Positions 1-12,405 of a stretch of 64,000 bases of DNA are shown here, piece after piece; positions within the stretch are counted from its first letter, which is position 1, and each line of letters begins with the position of its first letter. Under the pieces are notes generated by a model. It did no database searches, had not been told where the DNA came from, and worked only from the letters and a program-made list of their open reading frames with translations. The DNA is taken from positions 530,962 to 594,961 of the forward strand of contig MU058482.1 of NCBI GenBank assembly GCA_013265495.1. Reading direction: 5' to 3'. This stretch comes from Vicugna vicugna (Eukaryota). A program made the position numbers and the translations under genes.

Positions 1-1544
1 TCTGCGTCAGATGTGGCTTCACTGGGCTAGAGGAGTCTGGAGGAAGCTTTAGTCTGGAGAGGGAGTTCTGGAAAGGCTCCAAATTCACTTATGAACTTCA
101 TTGATGTACAAAACCAGATCCTCCTTTATATAGTTGTAATCCATTTGAAAATACAGTTTTATGTTCTCTTTTCTTCACGTAGCATTGGCCACACACATTT
201 CTATGCAGCAATATAATTTTTGTGTATTTGTCTTCAGTTAAAGGGATACTTTGATGCTTTAATTAAAGCACTATAAGTAGTTGCCCTATCATTTGTTTAG
301 ACACTCTCAATTTGGGGGGAATTGGCATAATTTCTAAGGTTTTTTTTGTGACACAAAGAAAAGTATAAACAGTTTGGCACAAATTTACTCCTCATTTAGA
401 ATTATTTCCACTTAGCGTATTTTACCAAGCGGAATTATTGGATCAAACAGTAGGAGCCATTCTATAGCTCTTGTTATTGTCTGACGAGGCAGTTTTGGAG
501 GGCCAGGGTCATGAAATGCTCTGAAGTTGGTTTAAAAGTTGAGTGCGAAGAGGAATTCGATTTATTCTGAATAGCTCAAAGCAATAGGGTCTCAGTGAAT
601 TGCTGTGGTGACAGAGATACAGATTAGGTTCTATACAGGGAATTTTTGTTATTTAGAGCTGCTGGAAAATGGCACAGGCTGGCTCCATAGGTAGTAAATT
701 CCCTCTCTCTGGAAATTTTAAAGCATAATGAGAGGTTTTTAAAATAAATTATTTTATAAGCTTTCCAGAGTTGTGCTCTGTATATTTTCCTAGCCCCATT
801 CCTTTGCTCTGAAAACAAATTTTGTCCAACTAATATTTATTAAGACCTAAATGTGCCAGGTGTGTCTAGTGGCAGCTGGAGCTCTCATTGGCAGACTCCC
901 AGTACGGTCGCCAGGAGCAGGCAGTCTGGGAATTACAGCAGCATGAAGTCATACCTCCATCCCTACCCCCAAGCCCCCAATTCACAACTGCTGAGCAGGT
1001 GGGTACAAATTTGTCTCCGGTTTCCTGACACCTTATTTTCTGTCCTCATTGACTACTTCCCTGTCTCTGCCTACATTCCACCTATTCTTACGACCTTTGT
1101 TGTAAAACTTTCAAAACGCTTTCCAAATGCTCCCAAGCCAAACCCAGTACCTAAGTAATTTATTCCAAGTAATTGTTACAATATCTTGTTTTTCATTCTG
1201 CCAAAAGGTGTTTGTACTGCAAATGAGGAGTTTAGATCACCAAAGAATCTGTAATTGATGGAATATAGCACTCCAAATTCCGCTAACATAACTTCACCTC
1301 CCAGCCATGAACACAGGTGTGTTTACACACACACACACACACATATTTCCAGGCAAGCAGCCTGATTTATTGAAGGAACCAGTTGCTTAACAATCTGTTG
1401 TTTTTGTTTTTGTTTTTTAAGAGCCACCTTACTTGGAAATATATAATCTCAAAACTCCAAGTTTGGCTAAGGAGGAAAAGTCCCTATTGAGGATGGAGAT
1501 AATTATAGACTCTGAGTTTTACTTCTTTGAGTTTTTGGTTTTTG

Positions 1545-1546
<2 letters not shown>

Positions 1547-1582
<36 letters not shown>
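1547..1582. repeat. Poly(T) homopolymer, 36 nt
   Basis: Uninterrupted T run seen directly, preceded by gttttt units. Confidence 0.9.
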
Positions 1583-4047
1583 CTGAATTCCTCCACCACT
1601 GCAGCACTGGCCTCAGGGAAGCCTGGCTCCCCTTTCTCAGTTTCTCCAGAATGCAGAGGAAAGAGGGCGCCGAGGACAGATACAGTTCTGGGTTGGGTTC
1701 CAGTGCCACCACTGCCAGCCTGATCCTTGAGCCTGAGCCTCGGCTATTGCATCATGAGAGGCCACTCTCCCTTCTGAGGGTGCAGTAAAACCAGCAGACA
1801 TGGCAACACCAGGAAATACAGTCACCCAAGCTACTGTGCACTCTGTCCATGAAAACAGTGCAGAAAATGGACTGGTCTGGCAGTGTCAATGTGAACTTCT
1901 TAAAAGTCCTTTTTGTGCCCAGAAAAGAATATTCAGAGAGCTACCTTGGCTTTTTAAAATTTATGTTCTCTGTGTTAAAGATGTAAATCAGATGCTCAGT
2001 TCTTCCTTAAGCTTTTATGCTTAACTTACAAACAAGTATATTTTAATAATCACTTTAAATGATTGTATTTGTTGCCTATTTGGTACCATTTATAAATGGA
2101 GTTTATAAGTCTCCTTTAAACATTAAAAAATATACTTTGTAAGTTTAGAATATTCCATATACCTTACAAAGAAATTCGGTCATCTGAGCTCACCAACCAC
2201 ACATTCCTGAATACCTAAAAACACCTCTTAGAAATCTAACAATTTCTGAATATGGTAATCCAATTCCTAAATATTCTTAAACATTCCAAAACTAATTTTA
2301 AAGAAAAATTTGATTTCAAACCACACGTAGAAACTAATTGCGCATTTTAAATTAGGATTTCAAGGCCAATTTGTTACTGTAACAGATTAAATTCTCTTAA
2401 ACACTGCAAATACCTAAAACACCAAATATGCACAAATTCCTTATACAAACATATTAATGCTATGTATTTGATTCACTTATTTTTATCCTTAATTTAACAT
2501 TTTCTGGATACTAAAACAAACTTACCCAATTAGGAGATAATCAGGCTGTCCTAAATATCTGAGGAGTCCCTTCCCGAGTGACTTTTTGCAAATACGTTCT
2601 CAGTAGCTTAAAGAGTATAACCAGCAGAGATTTTGTCCCAAGGCTTCCCAACTGCCCCACTGGGCCCTGTTTTATGGATGCTGCGTCATTACTCTCTGAA
2701 TGGGCCAGTTTCAAAGTCCACGGCCCCTAGATTCAAGTTACATCCCATCTAATTCTTCAACCTACACACGGAAGTCAGAAACTCCTACCCATTTTGCTAC
2801 ACCATTTGTTTGGACGTAATCAGTCTATTTAAGGTTCCGTTCTATTGTGAATTCTTTTCACAATCTTACTGGTTTCTGGAGCTCCAATTTTTACAGATAT
2901 TGAGTGGTTTAATTTCTCTTGGTGTTGCCTGACTGTAGTTACAGACCTAATGTTACATCAGAGATATGTATCAGGAATATTAACATTTAACAGAGAACAA
3001 ATTGTAGGTTAGGATGAATGGAACCCTGGGGGAGGTGGGAGAAAAATGTTACGGAATCCATTCGATTCGTTATACTCTTCTGTTATCGTTCAGTAGTGTT
3101 TTAAGGGTTTTATTTTCTCTTGCTTGCTAGGCTAGATAGTAAAATCCTGGAGTGCAACCACTTCAGTGTATTTACTTAGCTTCAAATCACAGCCCCCTCC
3201 AAAACCATAGCGTGTGTTGGACCCATGTAAGGAACCCAGTAATATTTGGAAAAAAGAAAACTGAGAACTTCTGTGCTTTTTTAAGACAGTACCTAGGATA
3301 GCTGGGGAATTACTGAAGAAGCAGGCAAACCAAAAAGAATACATAGACACAGGTGTCTCTTAGATTAGGACCTTGAATGACTGATTGGCTCTGAAGTTTC
3401 CCCTAAGACTGAGAGATGGCAGGGGAGAGGCAAGTTTGGCAGCCAGGCAGGTCTGAGCTGAGTTCTGAGTGTTTTTGTCAAGATGTCTGCAGGTCACCGA
3501 CGGGACTGGTAACAGCAGGTAGATGGATATGTGCTCTGGGAACTTGGAAGACCTGGGGCTGGAGATATGCTTTTGGGAGCAGGTAAGTGGCAGTTGAAGC
3601 CATGGAGCTGTATCAGTTCACTCAGGAGAGCTAAGAATAGGACCCTGAGAAACACTATCATTTAAGGTGCAGACGGAGGAAGTGGAGCCTGCCCACGACC
3701 CTGGGGCAAAGCCAGAAGGGTACAAGATTATTGTTTCCCTCTCATTTCCTGTATGTCTTCTTTGGTCAGAAACACAGGGTGGGCAAGTTTGTGATAGCAA
3801 TGGGCAGAGTGTGGTAGGCGGGCTGCCTGGTTAATGTGGGGAGGCTGTATTTGGGGTAGGATAGCGTGGGTGTGGTAGGTGAGAGGGATCTCTGCTTAGA
3901 TCTCTTTCTAGAAAGAAGGAAAGGGGGCTGGAGTTGGAATTTGTGGATTCTCTGCTTTCCCTGCTACTTCACATTTCACCAGTCATCCTCTCCTTATTCT
4001 GAGCCTTATTCTGTGTAGGAAAATCTCTTTCTAAATATGGGAAGGGT

Positions 4048-4147
4048 GGGGAACGGTGTAGCTCAGTGGTAGAGCGCCTTATTTAGCATGCACAAGGTCC
4101 TGGATTCAATCTCCAGAACCTCCATGAGAAATTTATTTTAAATAAAT
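4048..4147 (+). mobile_element. tRNA-derived SINE (camelid Vic-1-like)
   Basis: A-box-like tagctcagtggtagagcg, B-box-like ggattcaatctcc and an A-rich tail. Flanked by an imperfect TSD: aaatatgggaaggg (4033-4046) and aaatatggaaaggg (4148-4161). Confidence 0.85.
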
Positions 4148-4441
4148 AAATATGGAAAGGGAGGTGTATGGGGGAGGCAGAGTTGGAAGGGGGAAGGAGA
4201 GTGATTGCTTTACTGTTGAATTTGTGTACCTGTGTATGTGTGTTATGTACACATGTGCATGTGTGTCAGTATGTGTCCCTGTATATGTATGTGTGTGTGG
4301 GTATGAATGTTTTATGTTGGTTTTTATATATGTGCATGTGTATAATACATGTATATTTTTCTCTTTGTATCTATCAGGATAAGTATAGAAATTGAGGGGA
4401 AGCATTGAGAAGCTTTTATGCCAATTTAGTAAACTGATTTT

Positions 4442-4674
4442 TTCTTCTTCTTTTTTTTTAAATTGAAGTATATAGTCGGTTTACAATGTTGTGTTAGTTT
4501 CTGGTGTATAGAGTAGTGACTCAGTTATATATATATATTTAATTTTACAGGACATTGCAAGATTTTGAGTCTAGGTTCCTGTGCTAGGACCTTGCTGTTT
4601 ATCTGTTTCACATGTAGTACTTAGTGTCTGCAAATCCAAACCTCTGAATTTATCCCCTCCACCTCCCATGATAC
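4442..4674 (-). mobile_element. LINE-1 3' end fragment
   Basis: T-rich tail followed by ttgaagtata...gtttacaatgttgtgttagtttctggtgta, typical of a laurasiatherian L1 3' UTR. TSD actgatttt at 4433-4441 and 4675-4683. Confidence 0.8.
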
Positions 4675-5263
4675 ACTGATTTTATGTTAATTGAATCTAA
4701 TAATAAAAAATCTGGCTTTGTGCTTTCTATTGCTTGTATGTTCCATTTCATGTGTTCTAGTAATTCAGTTTACTGCATTTTATGAAAGTTCTGGTCTACG
4801 GCCGATTGCACATAAAACTGCTCCTTCACCAGTTAGTTGGAGAAGGACTAATTAGGACCAGATCAAGATTCTTAGAAGGTCCTGATTCTGAAATTTCACT
4901 TCAGAATTCTGAGGTTCCTGCTCTGGGTTGTACCAGTGAGGCATGAGGTCAGGTCTCGAGCACAAACAAGGGGGTCCAGCCTCAGGTCTGACTGGCATCC
5001 CCGGGGCTAAGCCTGCTCTTCCCCTCCTTCCTTCTTTTCATGTGACATGGAACGACCAGGCGGTTCTCAAGGTGGCAGAAGGCAGAGCCCAGGCCGCTCT
5101 TCGAAGGCAGAGCCTGCTTGGGGGCTGCCCTCCCTTCTGCCTGTTGGGCCCGTAATGTGGATGGTTCACAGAGAGAAGAAAGGGTTTCCAAACCTCCACG
5201 CTTTCCCCCGGACAGTTACACACACTCGCAATTACACACACTCAATCAGGAAAAACAGGGTCT

Positions 5264-5269
5264 TTTATT
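5264..5269 (-). terminator. Candidate polyadenylation signal of the RNASE8-like locus
   Basis: AATAAA on the minus strand, ~470 nt downstream of the remnant stop codon. Confidence 0.4.
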
Positions 5270-5733
5270 GCAGCAAAATCAGACACATTCCTTTGCCTAA
5301 CACAGGGAAACTATCACAGATTCCCCTGTTCTCCTTTTTGGATAATCTCCCCAGGGATCCCTCTGAACTGTCCAATCACTGCCCTTCCAAGGCCCTGACC
5401 TCAGTTTGTGTTCGTAGTTTTGCGTTCTTCTTCTTTAAGGTGGTCTCCAAAATTACACATGCCATGAGCCCCACAAAACCTGGATCCACCTGTGCCAAGA
5501 TCCTCAGTGCCTGAAGGGCCACACGGTACCCACACTCAGGAAGCAATGAAAGCAGTATTGAAGGGCTCTCTTCCCTCATCATTTGGAACATCCACAAAAC
5601 CCCCTAAGGAATTAAGAGTGTGTGAAGTTGGCTGCGTGGGAGAGAAGTGGTATTTGCAGAGAGGGTAAGGATTAGTAAAGAACTCAAGGCAGGAAACGCA
5701 GCTGCAGCGTTGGGCTGAGGGGAACACCTGGCC

Positions 5734-6565
5734 TTAGACAACATTATCCAAGAACATGGGACAAGCTGGTACCCCAGGTCGTCCTTCTGTTTTTGGGGTA
5801 GGGATGGGTCACAGCCCACGATGAAGAATGCATCCAGTTGCTTCTCTCTTTTTTTTTTAAAATTTAAAATTTTTTCTTTTTTTTTTTACTGAAGTATAGT
5901 CAATTTACAAAGTTGAGTCAATTTCTGATCTCAGCCATGAAAAAGAATAAAATAATTCCATTTGCAGTAACATGGATGGACCTGGAGACCATTATTCTAA
6001 GTGAAATAAGCCAGAAAGAGAAAGAAAAATACCATATAATTTTTCCTTTTTTTTCTAAATTGAGGTATAGTTGATTTATGACATTACATAAGTGTCAGGT
6101 GTACAACACAGTGATTCACAACTTTTCAAGGTTATACCCCATTTATAGTTATTATAAAGTACTCGCTATATTCCCTGTGCTGTACAGTATATTCTGGTCA
6201 GTTGCTTCTCTTTGTACCTGCAGTCTTGGTGCCTCCCCGAGGTGAGCTCCCATGTGGTCAGGGATACAGGCTTCTGGCTTTGGTGGCAGTTTTCACTTGC
6301 AGGCTGTGATGGGGGTCTGACAGGTGGCGGCCACACTGGAGAAGGATTCACGCAGGAAGGTGTTGAAGCCTTTGCAGCGTCTGGGGTGCTTGTTGATTTT
6401 GCCGATCGGAGCGCTGTGTCCCTGAGGCCTGGGCTGCACATGCTGAGTTTCAAACCACTGAGCTGATGTCACTTGGCTGGGCTTGGCACTGACCAGGACC
6501 TTGGCCACCCAGAGCCCCAGCAGCAGGAGCAGAAGCAGGGGGCAGAATCCTGCCCTGGCCGGGAT
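5734..6565 (-). pseudogene. RNASE8: RNase A family pseudogene, RNASE8-like (RNASE7 paralog)
   Basis: 6565-6199 encodes a signal peptide ([26 protein letters not shown]), [17 protein letters not shown] and ...CRYKEKQL. The start reads ATC and an 8-nt deletion near 6295 gives a TGA and frameshift. The C-terminus (DAFFIVGCDP...GYQLVP-FLDNVV*) resumes at 5834-5734 beyond an L1 insertion, with a further 1-nt frameshift. Position matches human RNASE8. Confidence 0.85.
5848..6198 (-). mobile_element. Composite LINE-1 insertion interrupting the RNASE8-like CDS
   Basis: Exact 13-bp TSD cagttgcttctct at 5835-5847 and 6199-6211. Contains an L1 3' end (~6040-6198), a second L1 3' end (~5870-5929) and an oppositely oriented L1 piece (~5930-6037, catttgcagtaacatggatggacctggag). 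Confidence 0.9.
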
Positions 6566-6769
6566 CTCTCCCGAGGGGCACAATGGCACAGGGGGTGTGG
6601 GAGGTAGGTGAATTGTTCACTATGGGGGGACGCCCGCCAGCCCTTCTAAGAATTTCATACCCTAAATCAATTATTGCAGGGCTCCTGCAGTTTCAGATAT
6701 TTAAGAACACTACTGGCATTTGATTGTTCTCAGCAGATAATGTACATTTTTATGCCCCTAATAAATACT

Positions 6770-6955
6770 TAAATTGTTTTTCCCTCATAAGAGTTTTATG
6801 AGGCGAGTATGATTACTTTTATATATATGTATATACAAGCAAACTGAGCCTCAGAAAAGTTAAGGAAATTGCCCATCATCACACAGAGAGTGTCAAACAC
6901 AGGATTTTAATCAATGCTTCTTGGCTTCCCAAGCCCCTATTCTTTCCACCCTCCC
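6770..6955 (-). mobile_element. MIR SINE remnant
   Basis: MIR core-like aaactgagcctcagaaaagttaaggaaattgccca...tcacacag. Boundaries approximate. Confidence 0.6.
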
Positions 6956-8077
6956 ATGTTTCTTGTCTGAAACTCTGAGAAGTCAGACCACGAAGGGAAA
7001 CTAATCTTGGAAGACAGATAGGCCAAAGGCCCATCCCTTGCTCTCCCAGGCTAGCTCAGGCATTCCTGAAAGTCAATATTGAGGTTGAGGAGTCAGGCTA
7101 ATTCCTCTCTGCTCTGTGATCCAGTTTCCCACCGAAGCTAGAAAAACAGTCCTTCTCAGCGCTCCAATTTTTAAAAATTGGATGACATTCAGTATATTTA
7201 TTTTTACTTCTGTTCAGTGACACTAGTATTCCTTGAAATATGTTGTTGCACAGTTTCATTTTCAAAGAACGGTTTGAATTAAAAGCAGAGATGTATATTT
7301 AGTGTATTATAATACTGGCAGTAAGTGGATATTGCCACAATTATCAAGGGAGGAAGCAAATGACTAAAGTGGGGGATCTTGCCCTGGCCACAGCCTCTCA
7401 GATCTGTGCTGGTGTGCTGAACCCTACTCAGCATCTCGGCCTCTGGGGTCTGTGTGACTTCAGTGCCTTTGAGATAAAAGGCTCCTCAAAGTGGCAAAAG
7501 TCACTTCGCTCCTATGATCTGCATTGCCAGATGGGAAACTTCTAAGATGTTTGTCCCTCTGCCTCAAAGGTGGAGCCTGGTTCATCGACAGAGCTCGCCC
7601 CTTTCATAGTGGGGATCCTTTCCTACACTTCTCCCCACAAAGCTAATAAAACATTGATTTTTGAACCCAGGAGACCATTATCCAGCAAGCAGTGGACTTG
7701 GGCCCTATATATATATATATATACATATATGTCTGTATACATATATATATTTATCCAGGAAGTCATTTCTCTTTGGCAGGTGCTCAAAGAAGCCTTTCCC
7801 AAAGGTTTGCAGACCCAAACCCCTGGGCTTTTGTGTGAGAGGGTGGGGATGGCAGTGGGAGCCAAGGGTTGATATTAACATTTCATACCCCCCAAGGTGA
7901 CTGACTACAAACTTTGCAAGCTCTGAATCTAATTAAGTTGCAAACAAATTTTCCCTCAAGTAGGTGCTGACCTGCTGAAGCTGGCCAGCCCCACTCCGGG
8001 AGGCCTGGGGAAGGTGTTCCTTTGATTGTATATTTGATCCTAGTTATTCATCACAAGTCTTCCCCACTGCCACGGTC

Positions 8078-8560
8078 TCAGGGCCGTTTTATCCATTAAG
8101 CACCAGAGGCCAGCGCCTAGGATCTGGGAGGTTTTCAAGGGCCCACAATATTTGAGACTTGGAAAAAATATATTGGCTCCAATATAGGAAAAGCCAACTG
8201 CAAAATCAAATTTAAAATATTTGCTTACCTGCTACCACGGTAACATAAAGTTGATTTCCCTTATTTTGGAATTTGGCACCCCTAAGAAGTTTATTGCATT
8301 GTTAAACAACTTTAGGTTAGATTTCGCTCATTTTACAGGAATTCTCAATACCACGATTGCGGAAGGAGCAGTGCCAATCCCAAATTACTTGTGGTCAAAC
8401 AGTTTCAGAAGCAAAACTTTAAAAAATCATTTCAGATACATTTCTGCAAGAATGATGTTGAATGAGGAATATGTATTTTTATATATTCAGTATGGTGTGA
8501 TGTAATGTTAAAATGCCCAGTGTGGTATGGAGGTATTAAACATAGCCCTCAACACTCTAG
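8078..8560. mobile_element. Old hAT-type DNA transposon remnant (family uncertain)
   Basis: Begins with terminus-like cagggccgttttatccattaagcacc...gcctagg followed by AT-rich internal sequence. Recognised from memory only; right boundary approximate. Confidence 0.35.
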
Positions 8561-8766
8561 GGCCAGTTGCCTTGAGTGTATCACTTATTGCATTCCTAAA
8601 GGCAGCCGGAATAATGCACACCGCATCACTTCAGGGTCAGGTCAGCACAGGGCTGGACCACAGCAAGAGGAGGGAAGGGATATCACTAACCATCATTTAG
8701 TGAACATGTACTATGTGCCCTGTTAGGTACTTTGTTCAGGACTATCATTTAAAAAGTATTTATTAA

Positions 8767-9012
8767 GGGGGTGGCGAGGGATAAATTGGGAGTTTGGGAT
8801 TTATAGATACTAATTACTATATATAAAATAGATAAACAGCAAGGTCCTACTGTATAGCACAGGGCACTATATTCAATACCTTGTAATGAACTATAATGAT
8901 AAAGAATATGAAAAAGAATATGTATGTATAAATGTGTCACTATGCTGTACACCAGAAATTAACACATTATAAATCGATTATACTTCAATTAAAAATAAAT
9001 AAAATAAATAAA
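8767..9012 (+). mobile_element. LINE-1 3' end fragment
   Basis: gggataaattgggagtttgggatt...caaggtcctactgtatagcacaggg...tatacttcaattaaaa followed by an (aaat)n tail. Confidence 0.85.
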
Positions 9013-9039
9013 AAGTGTTTACTGTGTGCCAAGGCTTCA

Positions 9040-9230
9040 TGCTTCATATATAATTTTTTATGTAAAACAATATTATGTGGTCCATGTTATTATCCCCATT
9101 TTATAGAAAAGGAAACTGAGGCTTGGCGAGTTTAAGGTCACAGATGTACTAAGTAGCAGGCCCAGGACTGAAAACGAGGTAGGTCTAGCTCCAAAGTTGT
9201 GTTATCCGTCCCTGCCACACTGCTTTCCTG
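9040..9230 (-). mobile_element. MIR SINE remnant
   Basis: tattatccccattttatagaaaaggaaactgaggct core. Boundaries approximate. Confidence 0.65.
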
Positions 9231-12200
9231 TCTACTGAGAGTTGCTTTATGGGCTGACCTTGTGGCCAAATTCTATTCTAACACATTGGTCTTCTTTTCA
9301 TCTCCTGGACATGTTTTGCCCTCTTCAACTTTACTTCTGTTGTTTTTTTTTCCTCTCCCCTGAGGGCGCTCCCTCAAATATTATCCATCCTTCAGAGTTC
9401 AGTTTGGTCCTATGGGCTTGATTGTGACCACATGCACGAACCTTCCTGTCCACAAATCTGCCTCGAGTGAATCCCACCTGAATGAAACCTCCTTCGGCAT
9501 TAAGTCCTGGTACTGCCCGTTTGGGTGCTCAATCATGTCCTACCTTGCTTTGTGATTTGACTCTCACATGTGTATCCTGTCTTCCCAACTAAATGGTGAA
9601 CTCATGGGACAGGAATCAGGTCCTTTCATGTTTCTGTATCTCCGTAGTGCTGGACATGTGGGTGGGATAGCTCGTAGGGACATTCAGTATCCATGTGTTG
9701 AGCTGAATCATCCCTCTGGGCCTCTGGGTCTCCTCAGCCTTTGTAATGCAAAGAATTTCAGCTGAATAATTTCTGAAAAGCTCCCCTACCCAGGTTCTAA
9801 TACTCCAACACAAGAGGAAACATCAAAGTGCCAGTAGCCAGACTGGAATGTGAGGAGAGGCCCTGCAGGAAGACCCTGAAGGTAGCTCAGAAGAGGGGGA
9901 ATAGAGAATAAGCAATGATCCCATAAGACCAGTTTTTTCACAGTGCGCTAGGAGGCGTGGGTCAGGGGGCCGGAAAAATCCATCTTGGTTGCTGGTCTGA
10001 GGTAGCCTTTGAACTCCAAGTGCCTCTACCAGTGTACTTGTTAGGCTTCACCTCGCAAATAGCCCCTGGAGGTGAGAGGCAGCCTCTTCAAGAAGAAGCG
10101 GGTTCTGGAAGAGCGGGGCTGATTTAGGAGGGGCTAGGGCCGCTACAAATGACCAGGAGTGGCAAAGGGGAAATGGGCTGTACATTTTCTGCTCCTCTGC
10201 TTGGGTTCTGTACGAGATTGTCCAGAGCTGTTTCCTGGCCCCTCAGTAGAGGGCACTGGTGGGATGGGTTCCTAGAGGTGGTGCAGGAGGGCAGGTTCAG
10301 CTGTGAGTAAGGAGCCAGAAGCTTCGCTGCTCTGATAAAGTACTTCTAACAGTGTGTGAGAAGAGCTGTTGCTGACACTGTTTTTCCTAGGTGCCCAGGC
10401 TGAGACAGGCTGGGGTGCAGATGCCCTGAAGTAAAATTCACTGAGATACAGCTGAATGAAGGTGTAACATTAGCTTCAGAAGGCAGATGGCCGCTGATAG
10501 TATTCTGTTTCTCTGGGCACAGCTTAGAAGATTTTCAGCCAACTTTCTGCCAAACAGCTCACACATCCATGGTGGACCACCTGGGGCCGACAGGTGACGC
10601 GAAGCAGCACTAAGTCCTATAAAGATGGATGGATACCCTGCCACCCTGGCGTTTGATTAGCTCAGGCTGCGAAAAGCTATTGCAATGCTCATTCAAAAAG
10701 GAGACTGAGATTGTGAATATATTCAGCTCCCCCAATTACTTTGTAAGTATATATAACAATATCCCTGGGAGAGAGAGGAGGGAAAAGAAGAGAAAAATGC
10801 AAACAGAACGAGAGCCCAGGAAGTGGCTGGAGATACGCTCAGGCTGGAAGAGCCCAGAGGGAAAGGAGAGGGCGAGCATCTCTGCAGGACAGCAGGGCTA
10901 CCTCGCCGCTGCTTCTCTGAACATCCTCCTTGCGCTGCTGGCTGGGACCCGAGGTCTCGGCAATGAGTCAACAACCAGGCCAGGGGAGTTGGGTGGGTCT
11001 TAGATGGAGGCAGGAGCCTTGCCAGAAGCTCCCACAGGGACTCTCTCCAGGAGGGATTCTCCTCCAAGAAGGGTCCTTGGCTCTGAAGGCCCCTGGCCAT
11101 GAGATACCCTGGATCCTGGTTTCTAAACCCCGAGCCTCAGGGCTTTATCACGGTAGCTGCTGCGCTCCTTCTGGGAAGCCTCTTCTGTTCCCGCGGCTCT
11201 GGGAACCTGCCTCCTTCCAGGTCCATTTTGCCTTACTGTGTGGCTCTTGGCTACCTTCTCAGGGAGCCCAGTGCCACGATGATCTTGCCCCAGTGGGTGG
11301 ACTGCCTCCCTTTGTTCCTGACTCTAAGACCTGTCCTCAAGAAGGAGAGGATGTGGTCTTCAGCCTAACCAGAGCTGAGGCATGTGGCTCCCCCCACATG
11401 TGTTTTGTGGCCTTTGACTTACTACAAGCCCGTGCGCAGCACGCGGACCTCCCAGGGATGATGACAACAATGATAAAAAAAAATCAGTGCTAACATTTAT
11501 GGGGGGATTTCTGGTTCCAGTCACTGTTCCAAGTGCTCTGTGTCTGTTTTCTCATTTTTTTTTTTACCACGTGAAGAAACTTCCTGCTGCCCTGACGCTG
11601 TGATTATCTCATTTTCCTCATCTAATTCTTAAAAGAGAAATACTGGTCAGAGACTCAGCCCGTAAAGAGCAAGTTAAGGAAAACCTCATTAAGGCCAGTG
11701 TGCTCTTCCCCTAGGTTGAATACAGACATGCACAAAGAGTACACAAATCCACCAGATGAATGCCTTCTTTCCTAATTTTACCAAAACTATTTTGGAGGGG
11801 GAAGGAAGTAATTTAAAGCATTGTTTTTACATAGAATAAAACTATGATGGAGTATATTGAAAAATTCAAATCAATTACTTTAAAAAATAATTTTAAATGT
11901 TTTTGCTTTGAAATAATTTCAAATTTATATGTGTTTCAGAAGTGGTATACAGAGCTCCCTTGTATGCTTCACCCAGCTTCCCTAATTATTAACATTTCTG
12001 AAGTGTTTGAGACTAAGTTACAGAAATGATGCTCCATTACACCCTTTATACAAAAATGAGTATTTCCTAATTATAAATACTCTTACCTTCAGAACCACAG
12101 CACAGCCATAAAACCCATAAAATTAACATCGATCCATTATTATCACAAATGAAAATTTAAGATAATATATAAAACATCTAGGCACTTGGCTCCCTGTGTA

Positions 12201-12405
12201 AATATTAGTTAAGTGAAAGAAAGGGGCTTCAAGAAAAGCTCGTGCTTGCTGGACATGAACTTTGGGTGTTTTAATTAATTCTATTCTGCCATTACTAGCA
12301 CTTCGGGGAAAATTCTGAGAGACATTGCTCTCTGGGCTCCAGTTGACCATGAAAACCCAGACCTGGATGTGCCAACTTTGAGGGCAAAGAATGATGACCA
12401 TTCTT

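Noticed and set aside
1583..1860. Possible processed pseudogene ending in the poly(T) run
   Set aside because: No AATAAA before the tail on the minus strand, no TSD found and no recognisable protein.
4048..4125. Possible tRNA gene (also at 24900 and 44265)
   Set aside because: A-rich tails, a TSD on at least one copy and degenerate stems indicate tRNA-derived SINEs.
4133..4405. ORFs rich in H/T/Y or V/C/Y
   Set aside because: Translation of low-complexity TG/TA-rich sequence.
6293..6589. 98-aa ORF as a functional truncated RNase
   Set aside because: Starts at GTG with the real ATG lost, stops at the frameshift, and lacks the C-terminal catalytic His and several Cys.
10930..11493. 187-aa plus-strand ORF
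   Set aside because: Non-ATG start and no recognisable domain; the length is compatible with chance in GC-rich DNA.
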